A stretch of 64,000 nucleotides of DNA from Laetmonice hystrix. Its lineage: Eukaryota. Under the pieces are notes generated by a model. It was not told the origin of the DNA and ran no database searches. It was given only the letters and a program-made list of their open reading frames with translations. The stretch's first letter is position 1, and the number at the start of each line of letters is the position of its first letter. Positions 63,948 through 64,000 of this stretch are shown piece after piece. The stretch is taken from the NCBI GenBank assembly GCA_965235115.1, contig OZ249436.1, positions 58,342,001-58,406,000 on the forward strand, in the 5' to 3' direction. The position numbers and the translations under genes were made by a program.

Positions 63948-64000
63948 GGCACGTTGGAGCCGCAGGCTCGACGAGTTTTATGCAGGAGAACTCGGTAATT
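63945..64000 (-). mobile_element. 3' end of a second tandem copy of the Helentron-like element (runs off the window)
   Basis: 63945-64000 is identical to 62249-62304 (56/56) and shares the AAA junction with the 5' end of the first copy. Confidence 0.65.

Overview
This is eukaryotic (metazoan, probably invertebrate) repeat-rich genomic DNA. I found no host gene, rRNA, tRNA or CRISPR array that I can support; most ORF-track entries are short chance ORFs. The dominant feature is a young 6.0-kb tyrosine-recombinase retrotransposon of Ngaro type (DIRS order) at 47452-53462 (+). It has identical split direct repeats in the order A1-[gag, RT/RNase H, YR]-B1-A2-spacer-B2, and its pol frame is broken only by a 340-bp antisense poly(A)-tailed LINE fragment with a 5-bp TSD. 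The sequence suggests how the element is expressed and recombined: (i) an A_AAA_AAC slippery site plus hairpin putting gag into the pol frame, (ii) an 8.7-copy in-frame 87-bp coding repeat between Gag and RT, (iii) a YR frame with no upstream ATG but a good splice acceptor in phase with two donors in gag, and (iv) an 82-nt hairpin that can form only across the B1|A2 junction. At the right end a 1.7-kb Helentron/HINE-like element with an internal satellite abuts a second copy head-to-tail. The rest holds several MITEs (one with a 6-bp TSD), two minisatellites (53 and 41 bp), a CAG/GCA microsatellite, a decayed LINE 3' end, and a 278-codon frame with one internal stop and no recognisable homology.
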